64,000 nt of DNA from Candidatus Micrarchaeota archaeon. GTDB taxonomy: Archaea; Micrarchaeota; Micrarchaeia; Anstonellales; JAHKLY01. Every line of letters begins with the position of its first letter. Position 1 is the first letter of the stretch. The position numbers and the translations under genes were made by a program. This document shows positions 58,594 through 64,000 of this stretch, one piece after another. The notes below the pieces were generated by a model, which was given only the letters and a program-made list of their open reading frames with translations, did no database searches and was not told the origin of the DNA. The stretch is from positions 175,485-239,484 of the forward strand of contig JAHKLY010000002.1 in assembly GCA_020854825.1 (NCBI GenBank). The letters run 5' to 3'.

Positions 58594-59019
58594 TTATTTC
58601 AATTTGAAATAAACCTTTCTTCCTACTTGTTGTTTAACAAGTAGTTCTTTTGAACAAAGCCTATTCAAACGAGCACTTGCTGCGTTTACTCCTTTGTATT
58701 TAAATTGTTTTTTAACTTCATTAGCACAAACTGCTTCTTTTTGTTTTATAAAATCAATGATTTTTTGATCAACATCTGGAAGTAATTCTTGTTTTAATTC
58801 ACTTTCATTTGATAATTCCTTTTCAATCCTATCTAATCTTTCTATTATTGTCTTAAACATTCTATTTGAATTCTCTCTTTCTTCTGATAGTAAATGTAAT
58901 AATCCAGCAAATACTATGGGGTCTTTAAATTTTGGCAGTTCTTTTTCAATATCTACCAAAATATCTTGCATTGCTGATTTTTCAGCGATAGGTTTATAAA
59001 TTTCATTTTCCTTTACCAT
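58594..59019 (-). CDS. Coiled-coil plus C-terminal winged-HTH protein
   Basis: DQKIIDFIK...CANEVKK...NAASARLNRL...LLVKQQVGRKVYF. Confidence 0.75.
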   Translation of the reverse strand: MVKENEIYKPIAEKSAMQDILVDIEKELPKFKDPIVFAGLLHLLSEERENSNRMFKTIIERLDRIEKELSNESELKQELLPDVDQKIIDFIKQKEAVCANEVKKQFKYKGVNAASARLNRLCSKELLVKQQVGRKVYFKLK

Positions 59020-59084
59020 ATCAAAACCTGTTATACGTATGGTTCACACACATCTGGTCTGTTTAATAAAACAGACTATTATAG

Positions 59085-59127
59085 TATCACAATAATACTA
59101 TATAACTATCATGATATAATCATGATA
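59085..59127. promoter_or_regulatory. Helically phased TATCATGATA-like boxes
   Basis: TATCACAATA 59085, TATCATGATA 59107, AATCATGATA 59118 (multiples of 11 bp), next to a TATA-like tract. Confidence 0.5.
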
Positions 59128-59250
59128 CATTTTTAAAGCTTATAGTTGATCCGTCGTGAATTTTTTTAAAAATTTATACTTATTTTATTATTATTAAACA
59201 CAAAATTCAAAAACATAAGATATAAATATGTTTTCTGATTAGTTCTAACT

Positions 59251-59799
59251 ATGTATACCCAATTTATTTTGGAAAAAACAAAAAAAATAAAGCAAGCCTT
59301 CAAAAATAAGAATGTAAATTTACTAAAAAAAGTACAATATGAATGTATAGAACATTTAGCAATCGAATTTAATAATACAGTATATACTCTAGCAGTACTG
59401 TGTTATATGCTTTCTAAAATGACCTCCAAACCGCGTTATTGGCAAAATAAAGGGATAATTAATTATTTAAAAAAAATAGAAAATTCTTTAGATAATGTAA
59501 TACAAAATTACCAAAATGAAGAAAAAATAACAAAAGCTCTCCAAGATATAATAAAAACTATTCATACTCTTGATATACATGATAAAAAATATGTTTATAA
59601 TTTAATAGAAGGTGCAAAAATAAAAATAGGATCTTCTTTATACGCAAAAGGAATGACCTTAGGTGTGGCATCAGATCTATCTGGGGCAGACAGAATAGAA
59701 ATCATGCAATATGTAGGTAAAACTACAATTTATGAAAATATGAAAGAACCTATTGAAATTAAAGAAAGAATTGAAAGAGTAAGAAAAATATTTGGGTGA
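59251..59799 (+). CDS. Hypothetical protein with C-terminal UPF0175-like HTH
   Basis: LYAKGMTLGVASDLSGADRIEIMQYVG. Precedes a PIN gene. Confidence 0.65.
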   Translation: MYTQFILEKTKKIKQAFKNKNVNLLKKVQYECIEHLAIEFNNTVYTLAVLCYMLSKMTSKPRYWQNKGIINYLKKIENSLDNVIQNYQNEEKITKALQDIIKTIHTLDIHDKKYVYNLIEGAKIKIGSSLYAKGMTLGVASDLSGADRIEIMQYVGKTTIYENMKEPIEIKERIERVRKIFG

Positions 59800-59803
59800 A
59801 AAT

Positions 59804-60490
59804 ATGGGACAACAAGCAATAATTTGTGATGCAAGTTCGTTAATCTCACTAACAGATTCAGGTTTTCTTTGGGTATTATATAATTTTAAAAAAAGAAATA
59901 ATATATTTTTTATGGTTCCTCAAAAAGTAAAATATGAATGCATAACTAGACCATTAGGGATTAAAAAATATGCAATGCACGCAATACGATTACAAGATGC
60001 AGTTAATGATGAAATAATTAATGTTGCTGATTTAAATGTTGAAAAAGAAGGAATAGAAGTTATGGAAATAGCAAATAATATTTTCTTTTCAAAAGGAAAA
60101 CCTATTCATTTAGTTGATGCTGGCGAGGCAGAAATGATTGCACTTACTAAAAAATTAGGTATTGAAAATTTATTAATAGACGAAAGAAATACTCGTATGT
60201 TAATTGAAAATCCAGAAGATCTTAAAAAACAGCAAGAAAGAGAACTAAAAGTTAGTATTACATACAACAAAAAAAATCTTGAAATTTTTAAAAACATAGT
60301 TAAAAACCTATTTGTCTTTAGAAGTTCGGAAGTTTTAGGAATAGCATATGAAAAAGGTATGTTTAATAAATTTCAAGGTATTGAAAAACAAGCATTAGAA
60401 GCGGGTTTAAATAGTTTAAAATTTAATGGGTGTTCGATTAGTTTTGAAGAAGTTGGAAAATTAATGTATAATCTTAAAAATCCCAAATAG
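59804..60490 (+). CDS. PIN-domain protein
   Basis: ICDASSLI, DAGEAEMIAL, LLIDERNTR acidic motifs. Confidence 0.8.
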   Translation: MGQQAIICDASSLISLTDSGFLWVLYNFKKRNNIFFMVPQKVKYECITRPLGIKKYAMHAIRLQDAVNDEIINVADLNVEKEGIEVMEIANNIFFSKGKPIHLVDAGEAEMIALTKKLGIENLLIDERNTRMLIENPEDLKKQQERELKVSITYNKKNLEIFKNIVKNLFVFRSSEVLGIAYEKGMFNKFQGIEKQALEAGLNSLKFNGCSISFEEVGKLMYNLKNPK

Positions 60491-60498
60491 GTGATTGT

Positions 60499-61134
60499 TT
60501 GCCAATCAAAATTCATATGGATAGAAGAGAGGATGAATTTATAAAAGAACTTTTACTAGATTTAGGTGCTGATGTTGAAGTATCTACTTTAACTATTGGG
60601 GATTTCATATGTTCTGAAAAAACTGTTGTTGAAAGAAAAACAAAACATGATTTAGAAGCTTCTATAATAGATGGTAGATTATTTGAACAATTAACTAGAT
60701 TAAGAAAAACTTTTGAATGTGTTATATTATTAGTTGAAGGAACAAAAGAAGCTGAGCGCATCAATAAGAATGCTCTTAAAGGCGCCCATGCTTCAATAAT
60801 GACTGACTATGGTGCATCATTAATATTTACAAGAGATAAACATGAAACAGCAGATATGATATTTTCTATTGCTAAACATGATCAAACAGCTAGAAAACAA
60901 AAGTTGCGTATTAAAGCAAATAAAAAGGCGCATTCATTAGGAGAACAACAGAGAGCAATTATTGAAGCGCTTCCTTTAGTTGGTCCTCAATTAGCTATAG
61001 ATTTATTAAACCATTTTGGAACTATAGAAAATATCGCAAGCGCGAGAGAAGATGAATTAGCAGAAGTAGATAAAGTAGGCAAGAAAAAGGCGCATTTGAT
61101 AAAAAAAGTTTTAAACGAAATTTATATTGAATAA
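60499..61134 (+). CDS. Short XPF/ERCC4 nuclease with HhH domain
   Basis: DRRE, GDF...VERKT..DL..SI.DGRL..Q, HhH LPLVGP and VGKKKA. Confidence 0.93.
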   Translation: MPIKIHMDRREDEFIKELLLDLGADVEVSTLTIGDFICSEKTVVERKTKHDLEASIIDGRLFEQLTRLRKTFECVILLVEGTKEAERINKNALKGAHASIMTDYGASLIFTRDKHETADMIFSIAKHDQTARKQKLRIKANKKAHSLGEQQRAIIEALPLVGPQLAIDLLNHFGTIENIASAREDELAEVDKVGKKKAHLIKKVLNEIYIE

Positions 61135-61164
61135 AAAAGATAAAAAAAAGAGAAAAATAAATAC

Positions 61165-61810
61165 TCAATTAGTTATTGAGTACTTTATATATCCCCTATC
61201 AGAATCATAATAATTTGTATATTCAAAATATAAATCTCCTGAATCTAATTCTAATGGAACTTTAATTGGAACCCACCCAGACATTTTTGTATTTGGAGAC
61301 AACTGTTTAAACCAATCAAGAGTTTTTGAATATTTATCATCAAGTCCAATCGCAATAGTATCATCATATCTTTCACTATCCTGAGAAACAAGATATATAT
61401 TTGGCGAAATATACTCATTTTTATCTCCTATATTTTTTATTTCAAAATTAGCCATTAAAAATTTTTCATCTGTATAATATTCGCTTTGAGCAAATGCAAG
61501 TTCTTTTAATGTTATCTCATATTCTGCTGAAACATAATTCACAGTATACGTTTTACCAACAATACCATTTTCCTCTACTAAAAGGCTTTTTTCTTTAATA
61601 TCTGGAATTACATTTGTGGCTGATTGTTCTTTTTCATTATTTACTGCTTCAGTTTCAGGATGATATTTTATAGTCGTTTGATCCTCCTTACTATTCACAC
61701 TTTTTTTCAGTGCTTGTACATCCAAAAAGCAGAAACACCATTAACACAAAAGAAGAAATTAAAAATATCTTTTTCAGTTTAATAAATGTATTTGGTTTTT
61801 TAATACTCAT
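61165..61810 (-). pseudogene. DUF4352-like lipoprotein split across reading frames
   Basis: Signal KKIFLISSFVLMVFLLFGC is out of frame with the Ig-like body at an A7 run (61701-61707). The RBS-linked ATG at 61810 is in a third frame. Confidence 0.6.
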
Positions 61811-61911
61811 TATTCTCACCGCTTAAAATATTAAATACCCAAAGTTTATAAATAATATAGTAATTCATTTGGTAATACTTAGTAATATATACGGTTTTCG
61901 TTTGTATCATT

Positions 61912-62199
61912 ATGAGTAACTTAAATACACTTTCATTCATAATGCGCTCTAAAAACAGGATAAAGGTATTAAATACATTAAATAAAGGAAAAATGATTTC
62001 AGCACAAATTGAAAAGCAAACAAAGATGTATAAATCACACACAAACAGAACATTAAAAGAGTTAAAAGATAAAAAATTAATTAAATGTATTAACCCAACA
62101 GATAGGGAGTATAAATTTTATATTATAACAAAAGAAGGTAAAAAAGCACTTTCTGAAGCTAATAAAATTATTGAAGAAGTAAAAAAAGATAAAAAATAA
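61912..62199 (+). CDS. Winged-HTH transcriptional regulator
   Basis: SKNRIKVL...SHTNRTLKELKDKKLI...YIITKEGK. Confidence 0.85.
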   Translation: MSNLNTLSFIMRSKNRIKVLNTLNKGKMISAQIEKQTKMYKSHTNRTLKELKDKKLIKCINPTDREYKFYIITKEGKKALSEANKIIEEVKKDKK

Positions 62200-62337
62200 A
62201 GAAAAAAATTCAAAAATATTATATAAACAAATCCAAAATATCTTGAAATAATGACTATATGTTTTTTTTAAATACTATTAATAATTTCTTATGAAAAACC
62301 CTTTAAAAGGAAAATTTTTGTAGTCAATTTTATTGTT

Positions 62338-62958
62338 TTATTGTTTTAATGTTTTTAGAATTTCTTTTTTCCATTTTTTAAATTCCATAAAATCCATTCC
62401 TGTGTATGTATGATCATCAAAAGTATTAATTAATTTAATTAAATATTCAAAATAATCATTTAATTTATATTCTTTTAATAATTGTTTGTATTTTTTAAAG
62501 CCTATCCCACTGTATTTTAATAAAGTTATAATATCTATTGCATCTTTTTTTCCTTTTATTGAATCTTTTCTATCAATATACGCACATTGTTTTAATATTA
62601 ACAGAACTTCTGGCTGAACAGTTTTTATTCCTTGTATTCTAGGATTTTTCATTTTAAGAATATCCTCTACTGGTATTGGTAGTTCAGAAAAATAAGGAAC
62701 ATAAATATCAATATCAAATCCCTGGTCTTCTAGTTCGTATTTTTTAAGATTAACATTCTTTTTTAAGTCATAATTATTTTTGATTGAATATAGAGTATCC
62801 ATATCAATTAAAATATCTATATCTTTTGATTTATTGATCCGTGTATATAAAAATAAACTCCATCCTCCTATTAAAACAAAATCAAATTCATTTATTAATT
62901 GTGTTAATCGTTCCCAGCTTTGTTTTGTAATATTATCAGACCAAAATTCTTTTACCAT
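62338..62958 (-). CDS. Nucleotidyltransferase (AbiEii-like)
   Basis: FVLIGGW...SKDIDI and LILK...R....KGKKDAID. Confidence 0.75.
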   Translation of the reverse strand: MVKEFWSDNITKQSWERLTQLINEFDFVLIGGWSLFLYTRINKSKDIDILIDMDTLYSIKNNYDLKKNVNLKKYELEDQGFDIDIYVPYFSELPIPVEDILKMKNPRIQGIKTVQPEVLLILKQCAYIDRKDSIKGKKDAIDIITLLKYSGIGFKKYKQLLKEYKLNDYFEYLIKLINTFDDHTYTGMDFMEFKKWKKEILKTLKQ

Positions 62959-63015
62959 TTAAATTTCACCTCTGTTCTTCTCCCGGAAATTTAAATAATT
63001 GAAAACTTATATTTT

Positions 63016-63609
63016 TCAATACCATTTAAATTTCACCTTTTTCTTTATATCTTCTAGAAAATCTTTTGCATACCATTCTGGAAGATTCCATAAATCAACA
63101 AATATTAATGGAAGGGGTACAATATTATTTTTTGAAAATTTCTTTAATAAATTTTCTTCTTTTAAAACGATAATATTTTTTGGACCTTCTCTTTTAGGAA
63201 ATCTTTGTTTTATTTCTTTAAGATTATCTGAATAAAAATAAATTTCTCCATAATCAGCAGGAGCAATTTCTTCTAAAATCTTATAACCTGAATATCCAGT
63301 GAAATATACTTCATTTGGCATTAATGCTTCAATTTTTTCAGTTTTATCAGGATAAAAAGTTGAATATACAATATCTTTTTGTATATCTCTTAAAGTAGCC
63401 CAATATACAAGAATTTTTTCAAAATCTCTTAAAATAAATTCTCTTGATTTAATTTCAATTGCATGCATTTTTTCTAAAGGTTTTAATGCGTTGTTTACTG
63501 TACTTAAAGAAATATTTAAATATTCTGATATTTCCTTCTGAGTAAATCTAGTTCTTTTCTTGAAATAAGAGTCTAAAATAAATAAATACACAAATTCTTT
63601 TTTTAACAT
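63016..63609 (-). CDS. HTH protein with AbiEi-like C-terminal domain
   Basis: FTQKEISEYLNISLSTVNNALKPL, FTGYSG...AP.DY, PLIFVDLWN. Upstream of the NTase. Confidence 0.7.
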   Translation of the reverse strand: MLKKEFVYLFILDSYFKKRTRFTQKEISEYLNISLSTVNNALKPLEKMHAIEIKSREFILRDFEKILVYWATLRDIQKDIVYSTFYPDKTEKIEALMPNEVYFTGYSGYKILEEIAPADYGEIYFYSDNLKEIKQRFPKREGPKNIIVLKEENLLKKFSKNNIVPLPLIFVDLWNLPEWYAKDFLEDIKKKVKFKWY

Positions 63610-63743
63610 GTTTCTATTTATGTGTTCCTTCCTTTTTAAATCTTTCGATGTTTATCGAAACATATAAAGATGATTAGATTTTTAATAATTTTATAGTTCC
63701 TTCTCAAAAGGAAACTTTAAGAAAGATTTTTTAATAAAATCAA

Positions 63744-63800
63744 GTTGTCAGTGCTCCAGGTCATCTTCCGCGATGTGAGGAGTGCTAATTATATCAGCGA
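63744..63800 (-). ncRNA. Possible degenerate C/D-like sRNA
   Basis: GC-rich 55-nt patch with AAGATGA-CCTGGAGCA-CTGA. The 5' C box is poor. Confidence 0.3.
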
Positions 63801-63833
63801 TATATTTAAATTAATATAAGAACCAAAAAACAT

Positions 63834-64000
63834 ATGAAAACGGCTAATATCCTAATTTCAATTATCTTATTTAGTTTATTCTTTTTTGGTTGTATAGATA
63901 ATATAGATAGAGAAACTTTGACTCCAGAACCTGAATCAAATAATGATTCTATTGAGATATATTTTAAGGACCAATATATCTATAATGAAAGTGATATTAA
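63834..64000 (+). CDS. Lipoprotein, 3'-partial
   Basis: MKTANILISIILFSLFFFGCID..., open to the window end. Confidence 0.7.
   Translation, partial: MKTANILISIILFSLFFFGCIDNIDRETLTPEPESNNDSIEIYFKDQYIYNESDI

Noticed and set aside
63697-63725. TTCCTT/AAGGAA/AAGAAA as a sixth three-tract element
   Set aside because: Short tracts, a 5-nt linker and a mismatched R2 are not distinguishable from background.
63780-63788. GAGTGCTAA, the right half of a CIRCE element
   Set aside because: The left half TTAGCACTC is absent and no chaperone gene is adjacent.
1-64000. Short antisense ORFs in the track, and rRNA, RNase P, SRP, transposase or integrase genes
   Set aside because: The antisense ORFs are shadows of well-supported genes. 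No diagnostic motifs of the other elements were seen.

Overview
Very AT-rich archaeal chromosome segment, most consistent with a DPANN (Micrarchaeota-like) organism. The lineage is inferred from the gene mix: eIF2gamma, S6e, Alba, fibrillarin, Dph2, short XPF, bacterial-type gyrase and DnaK/DnaJ/GrpE, many xGC lipoproteins and GGTGA ribosome-binding sites. Most of the window is housekeeping genes. The unusual part is non-coding. All four tRNA genes (Thr-GGT, Lys-TTT, Glu-CTC, Ile-GAT) carry 2-3 BHB-type introns, 9 in total and 7 at non-canonical positions. Four of these introns and the dnaK 3' intergenic region share one architecture in transcript sense: a pyrimidine tract, its antiparallel purine partner, a usually 8-nt C-initiated linker, and a second mirror-image purine tract. 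The three tracts covary, which fits a triple helix or a two-state switch. Other items missed by the ORF track: a box C/D guide RNA predicting 23S Gm2251, a long-spacer C/D-like RNA, a structured leader with an anti-Shine-Dalgarno pseudoknot, a 38-aa hyperacidic peptide after gyrA, several microproteins, and candidate operators. All structures and pairings were read by eye, not computed.
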